Source: Paecilomyces variotii
Taxonomy: Eukaryota
DNA: 64,000 bases
Assembly: GCA_004022145.1 (NCBI GenBank)
Contig: RCNU01000003.1
Direction: 5' to 3' (one strand)
Positions 25,640 through 37,271 of this stretch are shown piece by piece (position 1 is the first letter of the stretch; each line of letters starts with the position of its first letter). Under the pieces are notes generated by a model that saw only the letters and a list, made by a program, of their open reading frames with translations, was not told the DNA's origin and made no database searches. The translations under genes and the position numbers were made by a program.

Positions 25640-26557
25640 CAGAGAGGTTAAAAAAAGTGGGGGAAAAGTGGAGCACTTTTGCAGCCAGTATATTGAAACA
25701 TTTCGCTAGCGCTCAATGATAAGATGTAATCCAACTTTGTGAAAGCAAGCGTTCTCTGCTTGGTCACTTGGTCTGAAGAACATGATCGAGTAGAATTATT
25801 GGGTGCTTTCCGAAATCTTAACATGTCCAATAAGTAATTCTGCATCTAAGGAACCCAACAAAGGCACCGCCAGTCATCTAACAAGTACTAAGTCTAACTT
25901 AACCATGGAAGAATACCCGTTTGTTCCAAAATATGTAACGGATATAGCCGTTCCATCTCACTTAATGATCGACTCTAGAACTCGGCCATCAAAAGTCATA
26001 TATTGCATAGCATTTCAGAGAGTTAGGTCCAAGAATTGAGTACTAAGCCATCTTGTTTCCATGGCTCGTGGTAGGCCCCAGAAAGGCAGACCATTCAAGA
26101 GAGGAGTGCAACCAAGGATCGATGGACTTCCCAGAGACCGGCATTCCGTCTCTCTCACGAAGTCGGTTTGGATAGAACCTGTTGTGTTGCGCCATCGGAG
26201 GAATTTCTCGTGGTGATTGCTAAGTTTAGTGGCCTGTCATATCTCGATCGCCTGGTTGATCTCCGCAACATGATGAAAGCCCCGACGTCATCGCCCTCTA
26301 TACCCAGCACAACTGACGTACAGGCCATTACAGACAACGCTTTTAATACTAACGCCATGGAGTTATTGTCTACTTTTTCTCTTTTCCTGAGAATGAACCA
26401 TATTGATATCTATTTCCGGCCACCGTTTGGTGAACAAGATTTCCCGTATCGGTCCCGCGTGTCAATGCTGGGAAAATAAACTTCATCGATCCGGTATAGA
26501 TCTACTTCGACTTCATAGTTCACCCCCAACGAAGAAATTGCTCGAATTCGACGAAAA

Positions 26558-28065
26558 ATGGCTAGCATTAGCATCAATGCCCCGGGTACCGGGTTCATCT
26601 CGAATAGCTTCAACCTAGACAACGCAGGCCCAGCGCGGATTTGCATCACTGCGGAAACGGAAGATTTCGATACGCAGACGCTGCGCGATTGGCAGCATGA
26701 AGGGTTTGATGTTGTCTATGTGGCTTATGGGAATGGAGGGAAGGAGTACATAAGCAGGCTGAACGGGGTAAAGGAAGGTCTAGGTGTTGGAGAGCAATAC
26801 GCTGTTATTGGTATGCTTGCTTCAATCTTCATTATCAGTTACTATGGATAAAAGTTTATTGACGTTAAAATGTATAGCATACGGTGATGCTGCATCTGCT
26901 TGTCTGGACCACTATCGAAAGCCTACCTCCTGCAGCAAACTGGCAGCCTTAATTGCTTATTACCCGACGAATATCCCCGACACTCGTACGCGTTTCCCAC
27001 ACGGACTGCGGGTCCTTGTCCATCTAGCTGGCGACAGCGTAGATGTGACAACGACTCCTCAGGCTCTTGGGCTCCAGGGTAAGCGTCGGAGGAGCACGAG
27101 GCGCATCTACCCTGGCGTTGGCACAGGCGAGCGTCTCAACATCGCGTACCCAACGTACACATACGAATATTCCCAGCCAGGATTCGCGGAGCACGACCTG
27201 GAGGAATACGATCGAGTCTCTGCGGAGGTCGCATTCACTCGAACACTTGATGTTCTTCGGAAGGCTTTCAGAAAGTACCCTGATTTGGAGAAAATATGGG
27301 ATGACAACCAGGAGTGTAAGTCACTAATACATCGGCTGCAATCTGTGTACCCCATTGCTAATAGAGTTTCCAGATGTCTACTTCTCATCTAAAGCGAACG
27401 AAGCTATGGAGACGTTCGTAACTCACAAGAAGCCCTCCGTCACGTTCGCTCCCACTTTGACGGGTGGCAATGGTGCCCAGCACCTGCGACACTTCTACGA
27501 GAACCACTTTCTGCAAAACAAGCCACCGTCTATGCGACTGAGGCTAATTTCTCGCACGATCGGAGCTGACAGGATTGTTGATGAGCTCTATACCACGTTT
27601 GAACACACTCAAGAGATGCCCTGGATGCTCCCTGGAGTGCCACCAACCAACAAGCGAGTCGAGATCATTATGGTCAGCATCGTTGGCTTTAAGGCTGGTA
27701 AACTCTACTCTGAGCACATTTACTGGGATCAGGCCAGTGTGCTCGTCCAGATTGGTCTATTAGACCCCAAGCTCCTGCCTGAAGGAGTCCAGGGCGTCAA
27801 GCGACTCCCCGTCGTGGGCAACGAAGCCGCTAGACGTATCCTCCTCGACAACCCCAGCTCTGGCAAAAACTACCACAACAAACTCATCACTGGCGAGCCG
27901 GAGAAGGACAGCGAAAAGCCCAAGCTGGACAAGAAGCCCACTAAGGATAAAGGCAAAGGCAAAGCCGTTGAGAACGGCACAAACAGTGAGAACGGAACTT
28001 CCAAAACTGCAAACGGAGATGATGGCATCGAAGCCACGCACGAGGCAGACGGCAACGAAGCGTAA
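26558..28065 (+). CDS. Dienelactone-hydrolase-like / SnoaL(NTF2)-like domain protein, 3 exons
   Basis: N-terminal alpha/beta-hydrolase-like part (IAYYP...YTYE..QPGFAEHDL). C-terminal SnoaL-like part (PTLTGG.G...L..FY..HF...RLISRTIGADRIVDE...H..EMPWMLPGVPPTNKRVEI...EHIYWDQASVLVQIGLL). Confidence 0.75.
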
Positions 28066-28759
28066 AAAGCTCTTCCAAGAAGAAATCAACCAGAACATTC
28101 AGGACCATGAACATTACCCGGATCTATCAAATTTACGATGTAACAATACTCCTTCTACAACGACTGTGTTTGTTGAATATTCCCTTTTCACTTACCCTCC
28201 TTCTTCTTCTCCTTGCTCAGTTGAGCCAGGTTCGCCTCCGACCCATATGACTATTAATCGTTCTTATTTGTTTTGCACTGGAACTACTATCTGTAATATA
28301 TTTGATCCGTTTCTTTCTGGATAGCCATTGGTGTTTTTGCTTTTCTTATCTTTCTGTGGTTTTGTATATTATACAATTCGATACTGTTTTCCTGGCCGGT
28401 TATCTCCATGTTGAGCGGTGCCGATGAAACGTTAAGTATGTACTCATGGCTATTTAGTGGGATCTATATTTTAAGGTATGGTCTCAACGTTTGTAGTAAG
28501 CAGTATTGGGGTGGGCTTCAAGGCCACGTCAAAAGACTATAGTAGTCATTACAAAATAATACCCATGCGGCAGTCGAGCAACAAAATAAGCACTGCTAGA
28601 AGAGAGAATGGAGGTAATAGTTTAGACTTCACTACGTATGCAGAATGGATTGGCTCAGTATTCTTTCTTAACCAAATGTCTCATAAAACACATATCAGGC
28701 AAAACATATCTATGTAGTCATGCTTTTAAATCATAACGAGGCGCCATAGACAGGCAGGT

Positions 28760-30265
28760 CTAAACAAGGATCTTGACTTCTCCATCCTTCAACTTGCCTT
28801 CGGCAACCAGTCTCTTAGCCTCATCGGCATAGGCAGCCTTGACAGCGGCGGCGTCCTTGCCAGCGCTGGTCAAGCGGGCAGCCAAAGCAGCGAGCTGCTC
28901 GTTGTCAATCTTGCTCTGGATGAGCTCGACATCGGTCAGGACACCATCGATCTGAGCAGCAGATGGTTCACCGGACTCGGCGAAGTAGTTGACATCCTTG
29001 ACACTACCCTTGAGCACACGCTTGTTCTTCTTGGCAGCGTTCTTAGCAGCCTCCTTGGCCTTCTTGTTGGCCTCACGCTCGACCTTGGCAGCCTCCTCGG
29101 CCTCCTTCTTCTTGCGCTCCTCCTCAAGACGGGCGCGCTCCTTCTCCTCGGCGAGACGCTTAGCTTCAGCCTCCTTCTCGAGACGACGCTTGTCCTTTCC
29201 GGCACGCTCCTGCTGGCGGAACTTCTTGATACGCTCATCCATGGCCAGGCAGTCGTCGACGAGATGACGCAGGCGAGCAGAGTCCTCAGTCTTCTTCTTG
29301 CGGCGAGCATTGGCGTTCTTCTTTTCAATGTGACGCTTCTGGTCACGGCTCTCGTTGTCATCGGGGACATCCTCGTCCTGGTACTCGAAGGAGCGCCAGC
29401 TGTCGAAGTTGTACCAGAAGTTGTAGAACTCTTCGACTTCTTCTTTGGTGCTATTCTCGTCTCCTAGCAGAGGGACGGGCTGCTTCTTAGAGAAACGAGC
29501 CTCAGATTCGAAAACGGGTCCCCACAGCTTGTAGAAGTTGCCCTTTGCCACCTCCTTCTTGGTAGGAGGGTCAACATCAGCAGCCTCATCGACGGAGTCG
29601 AACTGCCTGCGCTTGATGGGGTCGAGCAAAATCTCAGTTGCCTTCTGGATGCACTTGAAGAAACTGTCGTTCTCATCGGTGGCACCGGCGGCGGTCTTCT
29701 TGTCGGGGTGGTGACGGAGGACCTTCTTGCGGTGGGCACGCTTGATCTGCTCGGGAGTCGCACGCCAGCGGTACTTGCTGAGACCGAGGACAGCGTAGTG
29801 ATCTTGACCCTAGAAGTTGTCAGATATCATAGCTGTGCATACACTCGCAGTTTCAACGTACCTTCCAGTCCTTAGCATCTCTGGAGAGCATGAGGGGATC
29901 TTCGGGCTCCGAAATCTCATCATCCTCAGCGTCCTCGACCTTCTTAACGTTCTCCTGAGCGGTGATGCGCTCATCTTCGGAGAAGGTACGGTTGTGGCGC
30001 TTCTGGAGGGTTGTTAGCAGATGTTCCTATACAACGATTTTGCGACAATTTTCTGGGGCGTTTTCTGCATATGTATATAGACAACAGTATGAGACTATAG
30101 AGAGGAACGTACCCGTCTAGCATGAGCGAGGAAGTGCGGTCCCACGGGCTCAACGTTACGCTGGACAGCGCTGGAGAGGGTGCCGACGGCCTTGAAGTCC
30201 TTGTCGGCGCTCCAGCCCGCAGGCAGAGCGGGGAGAGGGAGATTGACCGTCTGAATAGTGGCCAT
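28760..30265 (-). CDS. zuo1: Zuotin, ribosome-associated J-domain chaperone, 3 exons
   Basis: VEPVGPHFLAHARR, QDHYAVLGL, HHPDK J-domain motif, FYNFWYNFDSWRSFEY, and a charged C-terminus. Confidence 0.97.
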
Positions 30266-30788
30266 TTTGAATTGCAGAGACCAGAAATGATCCGGTTCTC
30301 AGTCGATGTATTCAGAGGAAACGATTGATATTGAGGCAAAAGAGAGGGCGGAGCATCCTGTGCGGTCCGCTGCCTCGACCGCCCGCGGCGCAAAATTTAT
30401 TTTTCTGCCGATATATTCCGCCCGCGTCTCCGTCCAATCAATGCCGGCAAGTTTCGGGATGTAATCGGAGTCTGGAGCTTTCGATCGATAAAACTGGCAG
30501 TCTTGACAGAACATCAAGAGGCCAAAAGAAGAAGCATTGTCTTTCTCTCCTTCATAATATACGCCTTAAAAGGGCCGCTACCACCTCTCACTTGTTTAGA
30601 CCGCATTCCGGCGACTATCCTACAGCTCAACGCGAAGACTTCATAAGCAACCTTCGACATAACTGAACTGTCTACATTGTACTCCGCGCTCGAACGCCAC
30701 CATCAAAAGGGGCCCCTGTCGCTGATTCTTCCATTAACATATCAAGAAAGGGAGCTATCCAACTCCGGTTCAGTTCCTGTTAGCAATC

Positions 30789-31280
30789 ATGACTGTATCC
30801 CCTCTCAGCGCCTACCGGCAACTCCTCCGTGCCACCCGCATTGCATTCCAAGGTTCGTCTCCATTCATTCTGACTTGCGACCCCTCGTTGATCTATAGAA
30901 ATACTGACTTGTTCTACCACGACTCAGATGACTATCACATGCTCTACGCTGCCCGCGCAGAGGCTCGACGACGTTTTGATGAACACCGCCGCACAGGTGT
31001 TGACACACCCATGCACATCCAACACGCAATAGAAACTGCGAACATTCTCAGACATAACATCGTCCAGGGAGTGAGGGACGCCGAAAAGGAAGATGCTCAG
31101 TGGCGTAGGTTCCCTCTTATTTTTCTATACTTATCCCGTTCAGCTAGAGAAAGACGATAACTGACTAGTTGCGCTTGTCCAGAACTCCGCATCCACGATG
31201 ACATTGAGCGCGGCGACAATGATTCCGTCAAGTCTCCTAGCGGAAAGAATGTGAAGGTTGAGAAGTGCTGCTCGTCGTAG
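30789..31280 (+). CDS. mzm1: Mitochondrial LYR-motif Rieske chaperone Mzm1/LYRM7, 3 exons
   Basis: [17 protein letters not shown]...ILRHNIVQG...[18 protein letters not shown]. Confidence 0.9.
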
Positions 31281-31712
31281 TAATGGTTCAAGAGGATGTG
31301 TTTGTTTATATGCTGTACGATATATAGAGAAGTGACGAGTTATTCTCGGAAAGACGGGATGAATCAAATCAGAAAGCATCAAGGACATTGCGACCAGCGC
31401 GCCGAGGATGTACCAGGCAGGGCTTCTTGGTGATCGAATCACATGTGTTATATGGCTACAGAGCCTACGCGTTTCAAGGGGATCAAGATCGTTTGAATGT
31501 GACTATTAGATCGGTATTTGCGGCTGTATCATAATAAATATACCCCAATCTTTTCTTCTCGACTTCCCCATGTCAAGGATATTGGTTCAGAGTGTGTCAT
31601 TAAAGTAACAAAAAAGGAACGCCAAAGCCATCAAGTACATTTTGTCCCCAGCATCGGTCAAACATGTCTCTTGAGAGAAAAGAAAAACAAGGAAATATGG
31701 TCATAATAATGT

Positions 31713-32922
31713 TTATTCACCGGCCATACTGGCGTATTGCACCTCACTGCTTCCCGGAGGCGGAGCAACTGCGTAGGAAGGCTGTTCGGGCTCTTGCACA
31801 GCTGCTTGAGTAGCGGAAGCGATGGCTTTGGCAGCAGCAGCACCGGCAATCTTCGTAGCTGCAGCCGTCTGGCGCCCTTCTCTGGCATACTTCATCCGCT
31901 CTTCTCGGTCCATATTGTCAAGTGGTCGAGGCTTGCCCCAGCGCACTCGCAGAGGACAACCTTGAATGACAGCTTTTCCTTTACAGTGCTGAGCAGCAGC
32001 TTCTGCGCTGGCGCGGTCCGCATAGTTCACAAATGCGCAGTGTGAACGGTGCGAGCAGATCAAAGACCTAATCTGGCCAAACTGAGTGAAGAACTCTCGA
32101 ATAAGGTGCTCAGGGAGATCATCTTCAACTCCCGTCACAAAGAGAGAAGTAATCTTGGGATCCGCAGGTGGCATGTAGTCCTCGGGGCCAGGAGGCAGCT
32201 GAGCTGTACCGGGGAATGGTCGTCCGCCGCGAGCAGCCCGTCCACCCCGACCGGGAAGACTACCGCCTCTTCTGCTTTCGCTTGTCCTTATAGGCCCAGG
32301 GCCGTTTCCATACGCAGGGGCATTTCCATATCCAATTCGCTTCTGACCCGACTCGGACGGTTCACCTTCATCAGTCCCCTCCAGTCGCCGTTGCTTCTTA
32401 TAGTAGGGCTCGCTGTTCGCCAGTCGCTTGAGCAGCTCTCGAGCTTTCTCATCTGTCTTTTCATATGCCTCAACAGCTCCGCGGCCCTCCTCGATCTCCT
32501 TTTCGTGCTCCTGCGCGTAGTATTCGCGGTTAATACTGCTCTGTGGTCCCGGTGCAACCATTTTCAGCGCTGCATCGCGCACAACAATGGGCAGCCCGAA
32601 GGACAAATCCAGCATGCAGCATTGGCAGCAGTTTTTTAAGCGGGCACATGTCAAGCAGATGTTGGTACGTTTCGTGCGCGCAGTGCGATCGGCTTTCCAG
32701 CGAAAGATTGTAAACGGCCGCGTGCACTACAATATGTTAGCTCCAGCTCCGTAGGGCACAAATGTGAGGGATAAAGCAACTTACAATCTTGCATTCCGCG
32801 CCATAGTCTTCCTTGAGCATCTGCACATAAGGATTGTCTGGAAGGCAGCTCTCGCAGACGGAAGGGAAGTCAGTACTTTCCCAACCTGACCGATTGAGAT
32901 CCTGCTTAATCTGTGGAGGCAT
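31713..32922 (-). CDS. slt11: Pre-mRNA splicing factor Slt11/Ecm2/Cwf5 (RBM22), 2 exons
   Basis: WESTDFPSVCESCLPDNPYVQM...ECKI|CTRPFTIFRW...CARLKNCCQCCMLDL, followed by an RRM (SLFVTGV...CAFVNY). Confidence 0.95.
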
Positions 32923-33943
32923 GTTATTTGATTGTCCGAGTTATGATGCGACTATATCGAAGATGTGTCTCCACTTCGTGGAGGAGATCCAGCGTCGTTG
33001 GATAGTCGTCGCCACTGATTCTGACGCTCATGAAGTAGCGCAAGTCGATTATCGATATCGCTCTTTCTGTGGCGGTGCTGCTGACATAATACAGGTGGCT
33101 AGTGTATAACTACGAGATCACCCATTCGCTAAGTTACTTACCGTACAAGTAAATTCGAAGAGCAAATGAGACGAGTATTATGAGTGATTATTCCTTATCT
33201 TCATTTGCATGCAGGTGATTATCTGCTTCGCAAATATTCACATGATCTATTTTCCCACTGATTCGCGCCTACCCATAACCTTGCTGCTGAATTATTCGCA
33301 AAATGATGGCCGTCAACCAAAACTCCATGGTTGCCAGGTCGTGATCTGACAGTAGTCACAGTACCGACACGGAGACCGAGTACCCCGGGTCCGTCCAAGT
33401 CAATATGCGTTTGTCTCACAGCAGTACCATTGGGTTGCGGCCTATTGTCAGCGGTAAGACTAGTGAGCCGCGGATCTACCTGGCACACAATAATAATGTT
33501 GGCTTATCATAAGATGGGAGACAGGAGATAGATAGAGTACTTGGCTATAACAACAATACAGTCTTCCCCGGCCGGACTCCGAGGACTCCTGGCTCAGCTT
33601 GCGCCCCCACAACTCCATGCAGCTTCGCGGACCGGATTCTCTTTGTTCCTGCAGCGGGCGCGTCGCTCTGGCTTGATTGGCTGCGCTAAGACCGCTCGAC
33701 GCTCTCCTTTCTCACGCTGCGGTCTCCCCCAGCGCTCGCTCATATTAAGCCTGCCGCCTACTCTGTTATTTCCAACGGTTCGTGGCCTTTTCTTTTCATT
33801 CAGCGCACTTCAATTGACCCAGATACTCCTTGCAGAGAGGTCTGGTAGTTGCTTGATTGCCTTTTGTTCAAGAGACACTAGTCTGTTATAATTTATTTCT
33901 TTTCACATCGCGAGCCCCTTAATCTCTCGCCATCTCCTTCACA

Positions 33944-35216
33944 ATGGCCCCAGCAAAGTTGGAAGAGGAGAACCACCAGCGCGATGCTGAGTTCAACCGC
34001 GCGATGCATGGCAAGTCTGCTGAGAGCCGTGGAGGTCTCGCAGCCATGCGCAGCAAGGATTCTAAAGCGCAGAAGGCTGCTGTTGATGAGTACTTTAAGC
34101 ACTGGGACAACAAGTCCGCGGAGGAAGAGACTGAAGAGATCAGAGAGGTAAGTCGAAAGAGAAGTGTTGAACCTTCGTGGTTAGCCATAACAATGCTGAT
34201 GCTTTGCTGCGGGAATAGGCGCGACGAGCTGAATACGCCACGTTGACGAGACAGTACGTATATCCTGTTGCTTGCCGTTTGGCCTTTGAGAAGGATACCT
34301 TGGATACTAATATGATCATAGCTATTACAATCTTGCTACGGATTTCTACGAGTATGGATGGGGAAGCTCATTCCATTTCTGTCGATTCAACCGTGGCGAG
34401 CCATTCCTCCAGGCTATCGCTCGTCACGAGCACTATCTGGCTCTTCAGATGGGTCTGAAGGAAAACATGAAGGTGCTGGATGTTGGCTGTGGTGTTGGCG
34501 GTCCTGCTCGTGAGATGGTCAAGTTCTCCGGTGTCAATGTTGTCGGTCTGAACAACAACGACTACCAGATTCAGCGAGCTACGAACTACGCTGCCCGCGA
34601 AGGCCTCTCCGACAAGTTGAGCTTCAAGAAGGGCGACTTCATGCAGATGTCCTTCCCCGACAACACCTTCGATGCTGTCTATGCGATCGAGGCTACCGTG
34701 CATGCGCCCAGCCTGGAGGGCGTCTACAGCCAGATCTTCCGTGTCCTGAAGCCTGGTGGTGTGTTTGGTGTCTACGAATGGCTTATGACTGACGAGTACG
34801 ATAACAACAACCCCGAACACCGCAAGATTCGACTAGGGATCGAGCAGGGTGACGGTATCTCAAATATGGTCACGGTCTCTGAAGGTCTCGCCGCTTTCAA
34901 GGCTGCAGGATTCGAGCTTATCCACGCTGAGGACCTCGCAGAACGCCCTGATGAAATCCCGTGGTACTACCCCCTTGCCGGCTCGTGGAAGCATTTGACC
35001 TCGCCGTGGGATGTCCTTACCATCGCCCGTATGACCTGGTGGGGACGTGGTATTGCCCATCGCTTCGTTGGTGCTATGGAAAAGATTGGGCTCTTCCCCA
35101 AGGGGTCTCAGAAGACGGCTGACAGTCTGGCCTTGGCGGGTGACTGCCTGGTCGCTGGTGGTGAAAAGAAGCTGTTCACTCCTATGTACTTGATGGTCGG
35201 ACGAAAACCGGAGTGA
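33944..35216 (+). CDS. erg6: Sterol 24-C-methyltransferase, 3 exons
   Basis: YYNLATDFYEYGWGSSFHF, VLDVGCGVGGPARE, YAIEATVHAP, IEQGDGI, LFTPMYL. Confidence 0.97.
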
Positions 35217-35664
35217 ACGTTGACGAGGTTCTGAATTGCCTTCCTTCTATTCTTTTCCGGCACGGGTCTTACTTCTAGCGGACATCAGAATCGGTGTCTG
35301 CGATTCTGTTTCATGCATTGCCTTCTTCCCCGGATACTCAAAATTACTGTAATATTTCTTTTAGTTGTTCTCTTTTCGATTGCACCTTTCCCTGCAACTG
35401 GACGGGCGAACAGGTCGACCTGTGCATTATGTTACTATAGCGCTTCAAGATTCACTGTGTCCTGAACTCATGTATGTATATGGTAGTAAAGCCAGTGGCA
35501 GAATGAACCAAGATAATCATGTCTTAATCTGAACTGTTCCTTCTATTTCAAATATCCTTGCCATGTTATTAAAGTCCGTTTTATTTCGTTGAAAGGATGG
35601 CTGTCCAATTATTCTTTCCAGCATCTTACTCTTAAGGATCTGGGGACATCCAAATCTGTTTTTA

Positions 35665-35742
35665 TCACGTGATGTCGATAAGGGTTGCGCAGGCGAAACC
35701 CTAACCGGGCGCACCAGGCTCGAGCTCAACACCAAAGCCTAA
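35665..35742. promoter_or_regulatory. Ribosomal-protein promoter module: Cbf1-type TCACGTGA plus Tbf1/telobox-like sites
   Basis: TCACGTGA at 35665-35672, inverted AGGGTT...AACCCTAA at 35681-35704, and AGCCTAA at ~35736, all just upstream of a pyrimidine-rich leader of rps22. Confidence 0.55.
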
Positions 35743-35814
35743 CGCATCCCGGTCCTTCTTTTCTTCACCACGACAAGCAGCTGTTTCCCGCCTCTCACCA
35801 CAGCATCCCTCGAG

Positions 35815-36090
35815 GTATGTATTCGTCACATCCTCCCTTCTACCTGCAGCCCCTCAGCTAGCCTGAGAGGAGCAATCATCGCGACCGTTTGAATCGATCG
35901 TGTTACGATGTTCCTCGACGAAGGCACGCTACCGATCGCCGGTCGAGATGATACGCTTCTCTCCTCGCGGCACGGGCTAAAGAACCCTTCCATGAAGGGC
36001 ACTCTTTTCGGCTCGAAGGCTACTGATGGCTGACTCCTTTCGTCCTTGCCCATCATTTCCAATGGTGGGTATCGGGCAGTGAATTTTTAG
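35815..36090 (+). other. 5'-UTR intron of rps22
   Basis: AG|GTATGT donor at 35815, GCTGAC branch site at ~36029-36034, TTTTTAG acceptor at 36090, 50 nt before the ATG. Confidence 0.7.
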
Positions 36091-36140
36091 ATACCTCATT
36101 TCCCGATTCGATTTGAGAATCTCATTCCAACACCGCCAAA

Positions 36141-36903
36141 ATGGTCCGCACTTCCGTCCTCAACGATGCGCTCAACGCCATCAACAACGCCGAGAAGGCT
36201 GGCCGTCGCCAGGTCATGATCCGTCCTTCTTCCAAGGTCATTGGTAAGCTCCCCTGACCGCCACGATGAGAAGAGAGATTTGATACTAACAATTTTCTAG
36301 TCAAGTTCCTCCGCGTCATGCAGAAGCACGGTATGCTAGCACCACTTTGAACAAACACTGTTCCGGCATAGAAGAGGATCCAAGAAGCTGTTTGATCTTC
36401 GCCAGATATTAGACCACATTCGGGATGATAACTAGGCGGCGATTTCGATCTTAACCCACACCACGACGTCCGCCCTTTAAGTTCCCGATATATTGATATC
36501 TTCTGGCGAAGATCTTACAAGCTTCCTGGATCTTAATCTATTCCGGGCAGATTTTAATTCGTCGCCACATTTCTAACTTTCATATCCTTCAGGCTACATT
36601 GGCGAGTTCGAGGAGGTTGACGACCACCGCTCCGGCAAGATCGTCATCCAGCTTAACGGCCGGTAAGTTTCTGCAAGGATTTTGCCATTGAGCTATTTCT
36701 GACGAATTCACAGCCTGAACAAGACCGGTGTCATCAACCCCCGTTACAACGTTCAGCTCCGTGACCTCGAGAAGTGGGTTGTCCAGCTGCTCCCCTCTCG
36801 TCAGTTCGGTTTCATCGTCCTGACTACCTCCGCCGGTATCATGGACCACGAGGAGGCTCGTCGCAAGCACGTTGCTGGCAAGATCCTCGGCTTCTTCTAC
36901 TAG
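36141..36903 (+). CDS. rps22: 40S ribosomal protein S22/S15a (uS8); introns 36244-36300, 36331-36592, 36663-36713
   Basis: [78 protein letters not shown]...LLPSRQFG...GKILGFFY*. Confidence 0.98.
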
Positions 36904-37271
36904 ATATCCCCAAAAAAGTGCTTTTTTTTTCTGTACCGGGAATGCGTGTGGTCATGACATGAGAGCGGGTTACAAGGCTTGTATGACGGCGCGTGGCGAA
37001 ATGTTTTGAGCATCTCCTGGAAAGCTTGAAGAGTCATTTACTCGTTCATACGACCTAGTCAAATGTCAAATGCATCTCGTGCAAATCGCTTCATTCCGAA
37101 AGTAGAATTTTCTGCCGAAGGCGGACCGAGTATTGTAAACCGACTCACCGCTCGTAGATTCTGCCGGCCGATGCATCCATCTGCTCGCAGTTGCTTTCGA
37201 TATCTCTTTCATTAAGTAGTTCTTTGTACATTTTTTGCAGCGGATGACCGATTGGTCAATGAGGTATTAAT

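Noticed and set aside
36331-36592. snR44-like H/ACA or C/D snoRNA in the rps22 intron
   Set aside because: An ACA precedes the branch site, but there is no H box between two hairpins. The C-like (ATGATAA) and D-like (TTGA) boxes are imperfect. It cannot be called without an Infernal search.
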